A DNA stretch of 62,604 bases, filler included, from Choristocarpus tenellus KU-1152 (Eukaryota > Protista > Phaeophyceae): assembly GCA_964200185.2 (NCBI GenBank). It is 11 parts of 11 records of this genome, joined end to end, with 100 filler letters (N's around TTAATTAATTAA, not from the genome) between each part and the next. Parts side by side here need not be neighbours in the genome. Positions count along the whole stretch, not along the records: positions 13,996 to 26,172 come from CAXNAD020001937.1; positions 26,273 to 34,969 come from CAXNAD020004436.1; 9 more parts are not named here. One strand, given 5' to 3'. Under the pieces are notes generated by a model, which was not told where the DNA came from, made no database searches, and saw nothing but the letters and a program-made list of their open reading frames with translations. Both the position numbers and the translations under genes were made by a program. Positions 14,832-28,739 of the stretch are shown here, piece by piece (positions within the stretch are counted from its first letter, which is position 1; the number at the start of each line of letters is the position of its first letter).

Positions 14832-14904
14832 GACCCGAGGCGAGACTTGAACTCGCGATCTCCTCTACCCTAAAGAGGAATCTTACCAACTAGACCACCC
14901 GGGC
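14832..14904 (-). tRNA. tRNA-Pro (anticodon AGG)
   Basis: Reverse complement folds as GCCCGGG/CTCGGGT acceptor stem, GTCT/AGAT D stem, CCTCT-TTAGGGT-AGAGG anticodon arm, GCGAG-TTCAAGT-CTCGC T arm, C73. T-runs follow. No intron. Confidence 0.92.
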
Positions 14905-15062
14905 ATTCTATATTCCACCCTCCCTGTGTCTTTTTGAATTTGTTGTTAGGATACATAGGAACAATTGTAACTTCAAAAATATATTTCCTACATGATCAGA
15001 TATTGTTGATCAACTATCGTATTAATGCTACACATATAATTATCACATTTTTGGTGAATACC

Positions 15063-15790
15063 AATACTGAAGGCTGAAGTGCTCCAGGTTCTGTTTTATG
15101 GTTGTGTGACGTGGACACTACAAATGGAAGAGTATCGATCAATCATGTCCTGTCACACAAAGATGCTCTTGTTGTGAAGAATGGTTAGTCAAACCGAGAG
15201 GTAGGCAGGGTTGCATTTTAAGGATCCTGAGAAAGGGCAAAAATATACCCCTTTGAGCAATTGCAGAAAGAGCCTTTGCTGAATCGTGGTGTTACTTTTT
15301 GTTTGGAAAGGGGGGACATCAATTTTTCGCACACTATTGTGGACAATATAGCAAAGAAATAGAGTGCATTGCACAGGGTAAGAAAAATGACTTGGAATGC
15401 AAAAAGGGTCCAATCCTGCCTACCTCTCAATTGGTTTCGTTCTGGGTGTGAGAGTATCGAGGCAATGGTGCACAAGCAGAGACTCCGACTTGATGGGTCA
15501 GTTGCATGCATGGAGGGGAAGCAACTTCCTAAGATATTGATGTTTTGGGAGCTTGCAGCAGAAAGATGGATGGAAGGCAGACAGGAAAAGTCGTTTGTGG
15601 ATGTGCCTCTAAGACATCCGTGGGAAGTTGAGGGTTAAAGTTGAGGGTTAAAGTTGAGGGTTAAAACATGAGGGCCTCTGACAAACAGAAGTAGTATGTG
15701 TGGATGACGGCATGACAAGTTTTATAGCAGAGTGGTATTCAAAGGAAGCCATGATAGCTAATATACGCCAACCTTGAGCAGTAGCAAAGG
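15063..15790 (+). mobile_element. RTE LINE 3' fragment interrupted by a family C MITE
   Basis: LKAEVLQVLFYGCVTWTL before the MITE and GCESIEAMVHKQRLRLDGSVACMEGKQLPKILMFWEL after it. Both are typical RTE C-terminal motifs. Confidence 0.75.
15186..15442. mobile_element. MITE family C inserted into a LINE relic
   Basis: GAGAGGTAGGCAGG inverted at both ends. Flanks TGGT/TGGG. Confidence 0.8.
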
Positions 15791-16183
15791 CAGCCCAAAT
15801 CACCACCACCACCACCATCACTCTCTGTTGAGTGCTACTTCCCCCCTGTACTCTTTCTGGTTGTTTTCTTGCATCCATTGCTATTTTTTCCTTTCTTATT
15901 TCTTCTTACTTTTTTGCTATATTTGGGATCGTTGTGCCCATTCGGGACTTGATAAAGGTAATGTCAAATTTCCGAGTTTCATGCTTGTTTTGCCGGTGAT
16001 TTTTATCTGGGTCTGGTCCAGGCAGGAGGATGGAAAAGAACGGTACATCCAGATGAAGGAAATTTCTCTTACATCTGACATATTCGCTCTGACGAAGTTA
16101 AAGTCAATACAGAGTCACAAAGGCTCCAAATGGACATCTGACCCTCCCACTAGGATACCATGGGCTAAAACAGTTGTTACAAG

Positions 16184-16363
16184 GACTCAAAGTATCTGGG
16201 GGGGAGGTGGCGACTGTCCATTTGGGGTCAATTTTTCATGTCGCTATTTTTGGGTGATTTGGTTACATACGTCGGATGGATAATGTAAGTGCATCTTTTC
16301 TGATTTTGGTCCAAATGGACACCCTGGTGTAGACCCCCCCCCCACCCCCAGATAATTTGAGTC
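16184..16363. mobile_element. MITE family A, TSD AAG
   Basis: TIR GACTCAAA.TATCTGGGG with G/C runs. AAG on both flanks. Confidence 0.85.
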
Positions 16364-16967
16364 AAGCTCAATATGGAGAGAGGTCAGGTGATCGCTGAGA
16401 GGGTGGGGGTACTGCACCATCAAAAGTTTGGTCTCAAAGTAATGCTCATGCATCCCCCTGTACTCTGCTGAGGGCTTTGAAGAAAGCATCAGCAAAGTAT
16501 AGAACTATTGAAAAGCAAGGGTCCCAAATTTTCCACTAGTACCCTCAAAATGACGAGACCCTTGGCAGGGTTGCTCAACTTTCTATGAATCTTCAGTTGT
16601 TGGGACAATCCTGGTGATGATGTGTATGTCTAAGATATTCACATCGCAATCAGGAAAAAAATCTTGGGCCAAACGATTTTGAGGCTAACCTAGAGATGTC
16701 CACCAAAAAATGGTGTCAGCGACAACCCTGCGATCAGAAAAATGCTTCTTTTTTTCTGTTTCTTGCCAGAAATTTGTGGCAGTCCAGAGTGATGGGTGCT
16801 AGTTGGAGGTACCATGGAGTCTGTGACCACCATCCAGTGCCCACGACCCAGAACTCAGGGTTGATGATAATATATCGAGGGATATATATGTAGTGGTGAG
16901 GGAGTAGGGTACAGGCAATGGGGCCCTGCAGCATGGTCGGTGGGTGGCACTATGATACCCAGAATTA

Positions 16968-17154
16968 ACAGCCGATTTCAAAAATTGAGGATGGAGCTTT
17001 TCATTGAGGATGGACTTGACCCAAAATTGACTGGGATAAAGTGTCGATATGTTTTTTTTTGTATTGTTCATTCTATTTTATTTTTTTTAAATATCGACAC
17101 TTTAACCCAGTCAATTTTGGGTCCAGCCCATCCTCAATTTTTGAAATCGGCTGT
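16968..17154. mobile_element. MITE family E: long-TIR foldback element flanked by TA, Tc1/mariner-like (partial copies at 40339-40414 and about 56125-56208)
   Basis: Arms ACAGCCGATTTCAAAAATTGAGGATGG...GTGTCGATAT are inverted around a T-rich core. TA lies outside every visible end. Confidence 0.85.
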
Positions 17155-17280
17155 TAATTGAAGGACAAATCACACTTCAATGCTACACAGCCTGCTGTAT
17201 ACATAAAGCTCTACGTGCACAAGAACTCCAACTTCTTTTGTGAAGGACTTTTCATCCTCCGTATTCTGAAGGAGAAGAAC

Positions 17281-17532
17281 GAGTCATACCAATTGAGAAG
17301 TAGGCTGTTTCGATCCTTTTTTCATTCCAAACCATCTTTCTTACCCTGTACAATACCCCATTTCATTGTTTCATGTGTACAAATGTGTATGCTTACTGAT
17401 ATTCCAACTTTCTACGCAAGAAGTGTCACCACAATTCAGCAAAAGATCCTTCCGATACTGTACAAAATGGCATATTTCTGTCCTTTCTAGGGCTCATTAA
17501 AATGCAACCCCACCTACCTCTCAGTTCAACTC
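17281..17532. mobile_element. MITE family C
   Basis: Homologous over its full length to the 9194 and 15186 copies, in opposite orientation. Confidence 0.75.
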
Positions 17533-19217
17533 AATAGAGAGGGGTGGGAACTGGACTCTGGTGTCAACTTCAGGACAAGGGCCCTTGCAACTAAAGATAA
17601 TTGTAGAGCAATAATATTTTAAAATGTATAATCGATGTGATGGATAAATTATGAATTTTAGTCGAGGCAAATGTAAACACTCTTTTCAACATCTTTCAAC
17701 ACCACTTGAGACCACAAGTCAAATGTTATTGTCCAGTGTAATAATACAATAAAAATTAAAACCTCATCCAAGCATATGCATCATTTTTTTCAACACTTCA
17801 TCCTATATTATAGGATCACTGTGGGGTCAACTACTACAAGCTATTACATTAAACGGATTATATGAATTAGCATTAAAATAATAGAAAAAAAACTCAAAAA
17901 TTGTCCATGAACAAATGCAAGCCAGTGAGTAGAATGCACCTCCAATCATACTGACTTCAAGATAAAACTTTGCAAAAGATATACTCGACTTCTCGTGTGC
18001 ATGGGATAATAAAGAGACTCAGAGTAAATCTATGTTAAGTTTATACATTATTAAAGTAGTGGTGTTAATCCTATCATTATTTCAATTGTACTACACAATG
18101 GACAGTACTACTAAATATTACAATGCACATCCTTTCAGAGGATTGTCAACTTGTGATATTTCGATGACCAAGGCAGAAAGGCATATTATCCTATGGAAAA
18201 AATTACTACATAGTCTTAACTTGTACCTTGTGATACCATGAACATTTCTTTGCTAGCAGTGTATGGTGATGTCGTATCTACAACTACTATAAATTCTAAT
18301 TCCCTTCCAGTAAGTAGATGGTACTGTTGCAGTAGTGGTACTTGTCCTAATAAATTGTAAATTTGGGTTAAGACCAAGAAGATGCATAAACTTGTCTTGT
18401 ATTGTTAAACACCTTGATGTGTGTTGTGAGTTCAAGTAGTGCACTTAGGGTTAGTGTGCACTTACTATCATTGTTGATCCCTTCAAGTGATAAATTAATG
18501 AAGATACCTCACAAATTGCCAGAATATGTTGAAAAAATGTGTATTATATTGTTTCAATGAGAATGTTGCACAATCTTGACATGACGAGACAGCCTACAAC
18601 TATTTATTTATCAATGTCTGCGACCTGCATACTGACTTATCATTCTCCAACAAATAAACGAAACAGGTCTAGATGCATCATCCTCATTATATGTGGAGAG
18701 CTAATTCAAAGACCCGTTCTACTGATTAATTTGGGCTCTCTGCTGCAAGAGAGAATGTCAACTGCTGTATGCCATTCTTACACCCCCACAAGTACATTTC
18801 CCCTCTGCAAACTTGACACGTAACAATTACATATCAAATCACTTCCTCACATGAAGAACCAAAACCCTCCCGAAGAGATCAAAATGTAGAGTTGCAAACG
18901 GTTGGCGGAGTATGTCCAGCTTGCTCTCCACATTTCATTATTGAGCAGAAAAATGTATGCTTTCCATACCATAACCCCTATGATGACATATAGCTAGAGA
19001 GCACACCACACACTTGAATTAACCATCTCCAAAAAAACTGACCCAAATTCCTGATTGAAAAGGCTTGGAGTATTACTGTTTTGATTAAACTGAACTCTAC
19101 AGTACAACCCACTGTGAATTCCTGATGCATTTTTTCAATGGAAGGATGTATCCACATGAGCCATATTTCAGCTCTTTCAGTTGAGAATAGTCCAACGAAA
19201 CAAGGACAAGGATAAAC

Positions 19218-22200
19218 TTAGTCAACCTGTTCCATGGTAGACTCCTCATCCCCATCTACCTCATCTAGGTCAGGCAGATCCTCATCTCCCTCGTCTGCTC
19301 CAGCCTCATCATCATCAATTGATAGACCTAGCTTGATCAACCTGAAGCAAAAGAGTAAAAACAGCAAAAAGAGTGGTGAGATTGAGCAGAGAGATTCAGT
19401 CAAGATCATGTATCATCAGATAACTGCTTTTCCCTCATGCAAAAGACCTTAAAATTGTGCTGCATTGAGATTTTCTGGTAAGTACCATGATTACCTGTGA
19501 ATACGTCCCGCAAATGTAGTTGGCTCATCAAGGCTGAAGCCCGAGGTAAGGAGGGAGGTATCATAAAGAAGCCAGATCAAGTCTTTCACTGTCTTGTCAC
19601 TCTGGTCTGCTGATGCCTGTCAAAAAACAAGGGGAACATCAGTCAATGAAGTATAATTGCAGAACATCATCTCTCTCTTGCATCAGCAGCCTTTTCAAAA
19701 GATGAAACAGTCATAGTTTGAACCTGAGAAGCAGTTCGATTTAATTCTTCTGCAATATTTGTAGCAGCACATACCATGAGAATGGTTAACTAGGGAAAAT
19801 TATTGAGCTAGCTCACCTTTTCCCTAAGTGCAACAACAATAGAGTTTGTTGGATTAACCTCCATAGTCTTCTTAGAGGTCATGTACGCAGAGGTGGAAGA
19901 GTCCCTCAGAGCCTGTGCCTTCATGATCCGTTCCATGTTTGCTGACCATCCATACTCTCCTGTCACTAGCACACATGGACTGTCTGCTAGACGGTTGCTA
20001 ACAACCACCTTGTCTACCTTATCTGACAAGACCTCCTTCATTAACTTGCACAGTCCTTCTGATGCTGCCTTAGCCTTCACATCATGAACAAAATAAAATG
20101 AGGGTTGTAAGTTCTAAATTTTGCCGAAGTTGGAACATAAATGCTTTGCAGAGTCTCCCTCCAATTACACTATATTACACAACACCAAAAAATCAATTCT
20201 AGTCAATTGTAACACATCTCTTTTTCTTACCTCTTCGAACTTCTTTTGCTCCTCGTCACTCTCATCAATCTTCATACCCTCCTTGGTTGCGCAGATCAAT
20301 TTCTTTCCCTCAAACTCCTTAAGCTGTTGAACAGCGTACTCATCAATGGGGTCTACCATGAAGAGTACCTTTATAAGATTTAGGGGGCAAGGGGAAGATA
20401 TAATTTTGATGAGATATACAGCAGGAGTACACAAGAGGGTAACAAAATGAGATAATAGAAAAAATACTAAAAAATCAAACTTAGGAATCAAGTTCAATTG
20501 TTCAGGGTCCTTTAAACATTTAAGTGCTAATACCAACATCCCATGCCATCAAATCAGATCTCTACCTTTGTTTTTTCCTTGAACTTACAGGGTTAAACTT
20601 CTGAAGCTGTACTCACCTCTACACCCTTCTTCTTCAACTTCTCCAGGAAGGGCGAGTTCTCCACCGCCATCTTGGACTCACCAGTCACATAGTAGATACC
20701 AGCCTAACATTGGGGAAGGTTATAGGTTGAATAAAAATGATCTGTGCAAAATTTCAACTAATAAACATGATATAATACAGTTTTTTCAGAGTAAGAAGGC
20801 CCAATCAACACTACTTCGAACTATATTATCACATAAGTTAACAGAATCACGCTTTACAATACTCTAGTCCACACACTAGTACCTGTTTGTCATCCATGCG
20901 CCCCACATAGTCATCAAGAGAAGTCATCTCCTCTCCACTCTTGGTTGAATGGTAACGAAGAAGCTTAGCCAGCTTTGCCCTGTTGGCAGAGTCCTCGTGG
21001 ATGCCCAACTTCAAGTTCTTTGCAAACGCTTCATAAAACTGTTTAAGGAAAACAAGTTAAAATGCGGGGCTACCATCAGTGCTCCAATTATGTTGTCAAC
21101 ATTAACAGTGTTTGAAGGGATTAGGTAAAACTGCAATATAGAAATCTAACAAACTCTTTCGAGTTGAAGTAATTCACGGGTGCACTGTCTTTCTCACCTT
21201 CTTGTACTTCTCATTGTCCTCTGCAAGCTCATTGAAAAGCTCCACCGATTTCTTCACGAGGTTCTTGCGAATAACCCTAACCAGGAAACCGGACCATACA
21301 AGATGCAAAAACCAAAGAAAGTATGTAGGCAGAAAGTAACAGACGTTCAATAGAACTAACGCAAGTCAAAAGAGATTTCTTAATTCATTAGATCTGTTCA
21401 GCAACAATACATTTAAAGAGGATGAGTAGAAAGCAGAAACAAAAGTATCATACTTTTATTCACCTGAGAATTTTGTTCTGCTGAAGGCTTTCACGTGAGA
21501 TGTTAAGGGGAAGGTCCTCACTGTCAACCACACCCTTGACAAACTGAAGGTATTCTGGCATTAGGTCCTCACAGTTGTCCATGATAAACACCCGTCGCAC
21601 ATACAGCTTGATGTTGTTGTGCTTCTTCTTGCTTCCTCCCTCAAACATGTCAAACGGAGCACGCTTTGGTACATACAGCACCGATCGGAATTCAAGCTGA
21701 CCTTCCACCGAGAAGTGCTTCACTGCAGCATGATCCTGTTGTGATAGATCAGAAACGTGCCCACAAATTAGTTTAATGCCAATGCAATCTTTGGCACAGT
21801 AAACTGCATGAATGTTTTTGTGTTTAATGCTTCAACAGAAATTTGAAGAAGGAAAATGAGCAATGGTGTAGACCCTGTGTAGACCGCTTAAACATGGGCA
21901 GATACTTGCCTCCCAATCATTGCTGAGGCTCTTGTAGAAAGCAGCATAGTCATCGTGGGTAACCTCCTCAGACTTACGCATCCAGATAGGCTTTTGCTGG
22001 TTGAGGTGGTCCCAGTCATGTGAAACCTGTCACAACAGAAGAAAAATCAGCAGTGTTATTTCTAGTACCAGTGATAGTAATCCATCTCTCATCTACTACA
22101 CAAAAATTGGCATGCACAGTATGCCATCTGCAACAAGAACTTTCTGTCATCAGTGGCAAAATCTTACCTCCTTGATCTTCTTCGTCTTCTTCTCTTTTTC

Positions 22201-24619
22201 TGCATCTACATCCTCCACCTGTTTGGCAGATCGTGAGCAAAAAATTGATATGTAAACAAGATTACATGACAAAAGTGCTTATGCACTTTTACTGCAGTGT
22301 GAGATACAGACCCTTTGAATATTTTTTCCTGAGTGGATAGCATAGATGCAAATCCAAATGCTGCAGTTAAATTAAAAGCTAATTACAGTGTCAGGTGAAC
22401 TGTTCTACCATATTTCATAACTCATGTATGTTATCAACTGACTTTCCGTATTACTTCATATCCACACAAACCTTGGGTGTGTCTTCCTCTTCATCCTTAC
22501 TCGCATCAGCATCAGCATCAGCATCATCATCATCATCATCATCAGTCACATCCTTCTCAGTGGTCTTCTCAGTGTACAGCTTGATAGGGAAGCCAATGAA
22601 CTCAGAGTGCTTCTTTACCAGGTCCTTGACCTGGAATCATATTTGTTTGCAGTTGAGGTTGGGATAATACTATTAAATTTTCTCATGCATCTAGAACATC
22701 ATGGCCACAAAGGGTGGATATCTGCAATCTTCAAAAGATAGTAATCCCTCTGAACACAGATAATTCCACTGAATAAATCAAACATCTGACTCACCTTCCT
22801 CTCCTCCAAGAACTCAGCCATGTCCTCCTTAAGGACCAGTTCAATACGAGTACCCCGCCCAAGCGGCTTAGAATCAGCCCCAGACTGTAATGCAAATTGA
22901 AATTCGCAGGATCATGAGACAAATACAGTTAGTGACCTCAGATTTAGAGATGAAAATTAGAAATTTAGAAATTTAGAAAAGAAGTGAAATTCGAAACCTT
23001 GTTAAGGTCAAAATGTAATTAGCAAACAACCCCTAACATTAGTTCACTGTGCTCACATCCACATCAAAGCATCCAAATCATTATCATAATTACCTGTGTG
23101 ACAGTGAAAGAACCACCCGCAGAAGACTCCCATGTGTACTGCTCATCATCATTGTTCTTGGAGGTTACGGTAACCTTGTCCGCCACAAGGTATGCAGAGT
23201 AGAATCCCACACCAAACTGACCAATCATGCTGTATACATTTTCGAAAATGACCAAACAAGGCCATGGCATTTACGACACAAGCAGACAAATTCAATGAGT
23301 GGCAATCAAGTTCTGTGACAAATCAAATCGTAATGAACAAGCGGTTTTAAGTTCCTTACATACCATAGCAATACTACGCTTTGTGGTGGATAACCGTGAG
23401 ATGTACCTGATGTCGGCACCAGCCTGCAGGGCCTCCATGAAGGCCTTGGTCCCTGACTTGGCAATAGTACCAAGGTTGTTCACCAGGTCTGCCTTTGTCA
23501 TTCCAATACCACTGTCCTCGATGGTGAGAGTGTTATTCGCCTGACAAGCAGTCCGAGGATTAGTAAAATTAGTCATTTATGACGACATCAGACCTCTACA
23601 CTATTCTGATGTGTTCTGCTCCCCCACATCTGCATGGTGCTATATTATCAGAGCCCAACTTGCTCAAGTGCAAGTAAAATGAATCAAAGGGGTGAATGTA
23701 AATTAGGACAGAGAGTTGCAGCAAAAAAATCAACTAGAAGACGCTGAACATTTTCTCATTGGAATCTGCATCTACGGTTGTTCCGTGGCTCGAGTCATGC
23801 AGTCAGCAATTGATGGGCTTGACAGAAATATACGTAGTATCAAAATACCTTGTCTGGGATAATGCGGATCTCCATGCTTGGCTCGCTGTCAAGAACAGCC
23901 TTGTCTGTCAGCGACTGGTAACGGATCTTGTCCAAAGCATCACTAGAGTTTGAGATCAGCTCACGGAGAAAGATCTGTGAAGGGCACAGGTGGTGGATCA
24001 GCAACGGATTATATTTGCAGCGAAGAACGACTTGAGGGAGAGTAGATCAGGTTAAGGTCAGGGTATGGGGCGTTTCACGGACTGAGTACATCGCCAGGCG
24101 CGGGTGGCTGACCCCACACCTATGATTAATTCACACACTCGCAACGTTATTGTGTCACTGAGTCCTCGCAGAGGTATACATCAAGTTGACGAATTTTTTT
24201 CTACCCTTCGATGTTGAACGAACGGTTACGATACCTAAGGTGATTAGCCAGCTGATCCAAAAGCTAGATACTTGTAGGACAGGATAACCACGTAAGCTTT
24301 CCATTCTGTAGATGTCTGTGAATTGGAAGTTTAATTAGGCATCCTTCATACCCCTTGTGAGGTGACAGGGTTATGGTGGCTAAGGATATCTTTTGTTCTT
24401 CGAGCTAAATAATTAAATCCGTAATCAAAGAACAACACGCCGCCACCGAGATATCAACTAAGAGTCGAGTCGAACAAGACTTGAGAAAGACCATCGCATC
24501 TCTTCTTTCAAGGAGGGCCCACCACTCACCTCTTTGTTCGAGTAGAAGGTGTTGATGATAAGGGAAAGAAGCTGGTTGATATCCGCAGAGAAAGCGAAAG
24601 TCTCCTGTTCAGCAGCCAT
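19218..24619 (-). CDS. HSP90: Cytosolic heat shock protein 90, complete, 16 exons, 712 aa
   Basis: Manually spliced exons: 24619-24530, 23974-23849, 23540-23407, 23229-23094, 22884-22795, 22630-22472, 22218-22168, 22026-21910, 21735-21464, 21276-21198, 21038-20883, 20703-20617, 20368-20231, 20074-19817, 19616-19495, 19341-19218 (2139 nt, all phases consistent). Motifs [63 protein letters not shown] and C-terminal MEQVD. Confidence 0.98.
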
Positions 24620-24779
24620 GGTTTAAGTTCTTACAAAAATCACCCAAAGCTAGCTTTGTAAGTGGAGTTGGTACTTTAAGGATGCTGCGAAGATAACAGC
24701 TGTTGAAACTGGTTGGTGGATACAATGGTTTCTGATTATGGTGGTGGGTTCTGACCAGTCCTGTGTCTTTTGTCTACCA

Positions 24780-24885
24780 CAGATTTATCCAGAAGATGGG
24801 GAGAAACTGGAACCGCCTGCCAAGGTTCTTCTCGAAGGTCGGTGAAAAATATATATATATTTCGGAGAATCCTTTCAAATTTTCA
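24780..24885 (-). promoter_or_regulatory. Putative HSP90 promoter with imperfect heat-shock elements
   Basis: TTCtcGAA core near 24829-24836 plus neighbouring GAA/TTC units about 210-260 bp upstream of the ATG. No perfect three-unit HSE. Confidence 0.35.
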
Positions 24886-26892
24886 AATCCCTCATTCATA
24901 ATATATTTATTTTTCCATTGCCACTCTTATAAATCTCAGAAAATGGAAATGAAGTTGATCGGTAATGACAGGTATATATATTGATCGTAATAATTCCTAC
25001 ATTTTTTTGGAGTCATTTGATATTCGATACGATATCGGTAAGTAGTATTATATTGCTATCGCAGTTCCTATATCATATAAAATATCATATCAAATTATAA
25101 TATTGATATTCTTTGAAAAATGCCCTGAAAGTAGATTTTCGATCCTTCTTCAAACTTCTGACATTTTTTTATTCCAGGGTTAGGGGGAATTGCAGTGCTT
25201 AATAACATGTTGATTGAACAATGTATTTGAGTTCTTTCGTGTGGGTTCAACTGACGAAAAATCACAATTGTGGGTAGGATACAAAAGTCAACCAATCATA
25301 TTGGTTGAAATGTACACTTTTGTTCGTATAGATGATCATGTTTTGAGAGTGTTGGAGAACTACTCACCATATAACCACTTCACTTCTGTGGATCAATACT
25401 TCTACAATATGGTTATGCTTGTCATCATGGCAGATGAGGGTTAGGCAAGCACACTCGACAATATACTTTACCTAAGCGAAGCCAACAATACAACAAAGAC
25501 ACTGATGATGTAGAAGAAGCCGACAAGGGGTACAAGGAAGTTAATGGTCAAGTTGAGGTATCGGTTGCGAAATTTGCCATCAACACAAAAAGGGTTGTTA
25601 CAGAACTTTAATCCACAAGCCTGTAGCTTGTAGGGTGCAGACGAGGCTCGTAGAGGCTCCACAAATGAAACGTAGTAATATATGCTGGATCTCTCACTTC
25701 GATTATTCACTTTATTGTTTTGAATTTGGGGTATATGAAAAGGGCTGATTAAGATTGTCTACCTCTATTTGGCATGATAATGATTAAATACTTCTTCCGT
25801 TTGAAATTGAAAGTAGCATAGCGTTTGCAAGGTCTGTTCTCACACATGAGCTGTTACAGGTGATTAGCCTAAGCTTATTCTCTCGCTCTAATCAGTGCGA
25901 GCAGTATACTTGCGCGCGGAACCCCCAATTGGGGAAGACTTGTTCGTTTGTAATTTGTGCCTGTATTCACTTTTGTTGATAGTTGTGAAGAGGGAGAGAC
26001 TTGCTGCGATCCTCCCTATCTATTTATTTTTATTGTAAGATGTTTGGATTTTTTGTATATGTTCATAGTTGCTAGCAAGGGTAAGCCTTTCCATGACATC
26101 ACCCAATCTCTTTTGTGACTGTGAGTCATGGTCTTAGTGTCTTGTCGTTGCTGTGTTTTAGTTCTGAAGGGGNNNNNNNNNNNNNNNNNNNNNNNNNNNN
26201 NNNNNNNNNNNNNNNNTTAATTAATTAANNNNNNNNNNNNNNNNNNNNNNNNNNNNNNNNNNNNNNNNNNNNCAGTTGGGGAGAAAGGACCTGGGTGGGA
26301 AGTATGAAAATCCTCAAGTTTGTTGGATGGGTCGTGCCTAATGGTCAGAATGCGACGCTTCATTCTTCACATGCGACATCACCGAAGTAGTGTGTGCGGT
26401 TACCCTCTGAAACACACAATACACTCACATACTCTCAATTTTCAGAAAGAGAAAGCGTAGATCCAATCGATGTGAAATCCTTGCTCCTATGCTGGCAAGA
26501 TGTTCCTTCTTTTCAAGTAGTCCTTCCGAATGCATCCTCAGGAAAGCACTAACAACACCTAAGCACCACCCCTTACCGACGCAGTGCAATTTATGGAAAC
26601 GTTTTAGAAAAATCTAGTCGATGCTACAGCGAAAGTCCTATTACTACAATAGATGGTACGATTCCGACTTCGTTGGGTGTAGATTGTACTCCATCAGATA
26701 TCTTTCCCAGCTGACTAACTTGAGCATCTAGCATATAAATACTATTAGTAGGGGTATTAATTTTCGTGTGTACCGTATTGAAAAATGAAGACGAGACTAA
26801 AAAAGGGTACCCCATGGAAAGTCAAGATCGTGGAGAGAGGATGAATATATTTGCTGTTCATGGAATGATGCAGTGAACTGAAGCGTGAGTAG

Positions 26893-27115
26893 ATAATGAT
26901 GTGGTTAATCAGATGAGTTGCTCTAAGAAGAGACTTATTTTCTTGTGAATGAAAAAGGGTTGACCCAGTACAATGAATTACCAATCAATGCTGATGCAGT
27001 GAATCAGAAGAGATGGTCTGAGAAAGGCACAATTTACTCATTGTAATGAAGCACAAATCAATGCTGATGTAGTGAATCAGATGAGGTGCTCTTATCAGAG
27101 GCTTATTTCCTTGTG
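26893..27115. repeat. Degenerate direct repeat, three units of about 75-90 bp
   Basis: TGATGYRGTKAATCAGAWGAG recurs near 26897, 26992 and 27065. Confidence 0.6.
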
Positions 27116-28396
27116 GCAAGGTTCAGCATGTTTAACTCTGAATATTTATCCTCTTCATGACATGTTATGATGCTCACGAAAATCAGAGTGAACTCAAGGG
27201 GAATAGCAAGGGGTCTACATCATCCTCTCTATACTTTTCATGGCAAGGCATATCCAAGTCTAACACATGTAGATCAACTGCTATGGACCTAGTGTGCCAC
27301 ACACATACACCTTTTTATTTGTCAAACAAGAACAACAAAGTGCCGATGGGAACAAATGCATGGGTGCATACTCTACATGTCTCTAGATAACAGGGGTTAG
27401 AGTGTCGGCATAGTCGTGCTGTAAGTAGACGGTATCATGGTGTGAGACAGTCTCAATCAGGTGAGTATGCGGAACTGTACCCATTGGTCAACTAGAGTAG
27501 ACTGCATTTCAACATTCAACTAGGACCAATATGTTGCAACCTTTTCTGAAGAAAACAAGGCACTGTCTGCAATCGTCAGGCACCTGAAAGAGGTGGGTGA
27601 TTTCAAAGGCCTCTTTAGTGTAGGGGGTTGTTGAACAAGATGAAACAAGAGATTATAATACCTGGGACCTTCTGGTTCATTATGGGAGATGGTGTGGTGG
27701 AGAGCAGTATGCTAAGCCCATAATGAAATTTGGAGCGGTGAACAGATCTGAATGAGGATGGTGACTTCAAAAGCCCTCCCACAAGAATCAACTGTCAATC
27801 GCCCTGTCTAGCACATGATTTCCCTCGCATTCTTAAACCTGTGGTAGAGAGAAGCATCAAAGATGTGCCACAGTAGAGGATCATATCACAGCTCACTGCA
27901 TAATACCATCTCGAATCCTGCTAGTACCATCAAATTTGGTGTGCTGTGTGTATCTTGTGGTGAAGGAATGCTGTAGGGGGGGGTTCACAGGACACATTAG
28001 CACTGCCTACGTGCTTGAGGGTGTTCCTGTGTTGAGTGCTATCTCTGAGGTAATGAGGAGGGAGCGAGTATTATGTTTTGCTTTATAGAATGTGGATAGG
28101 CAAATGGGATGGTGCTTTTGGGGTGTATGGGGATTGTGGCATCGATTAATGCGATGGTGGCCCTTACATTGTTCACAGTGGATATGGAAATATCACATAC
28201 ACGGAGGTGCAAGTGAGAGACTTTTTGTGTAGGGAAGATACGCAAGTGGTTGTTCTAACCAGGGGACCACACGGAATTTTTTATTTCCCACGTTTATATT
28301 GTCAGCCATGGCCCTGTCTCTGATTTGTACCAACCTCTATTGTTTTGATTAGCAGTTTCTGTTTTGTTTCGTGATATTATTATCCTATGTATTCTT

Positions 28397-28581
28397 GGCT
28401 CAAAGTATCTGGGGGGGTGGGGGTGGCGGCTGTCCATTCGGGGTCCATTTTTCCATGTCGCGATTATTGGGTGATTTGGCTGCATGCGTCAGATGGATAT
28501 TATAAGTTCACTTCTGCTGGTCAGGACCTGAATGGACACCCAGGTGTAGAACCCCTGCCTCCCCCCTAGATACTTTGAGCC
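28397..28581. mobile_element. MITE family A, TSD CTT
   Basis: GGCTCAAAGTATCT...AGATACTTTGAGCC with CTT on both flanks. Confidence 0.85.
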
Positions 28582-28739
28582 CTTAGGAGTTTGCAAGCAA
28601 GGGTAGATAGTTGCTCTGAGTTAACTTTAGATGTTACTAATCTATAGTTTGAAGTTTATTCAGCATAGGGCAATATCCCCAACACTATTCCTGTTAATAC
28701 TTGAAGGGCAGGGCAAACATTGCAGGCAGCGCTGCTCAG

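Noticed and set aside
19218-19235. MEQVD instead of MEEVD at the HSP90 C-terminus as a novelty
   Set aside because: A conservative variant that, as I recall, also occurs in other stramenopile cytosolic HSP90s.
23570-23660. Intronic C/D snoRNA in HSP90 intron 2
   Set aside because: Only a degenerate C box (TGATAA) and a CTGA are present. I could not identify an rRNA-complementary guide or terminal stem.
25468-25710. Membrane-protein-like ORF or exon upstream of HSP90
   Set aside because: One hydrophobic stretch only, with no supporting exons or family motif.
26645-26740. LRR fragment (DGTIPTSLG...SQLTNL)
   Set aside because: A single frameshifted unit is too short to support a call.
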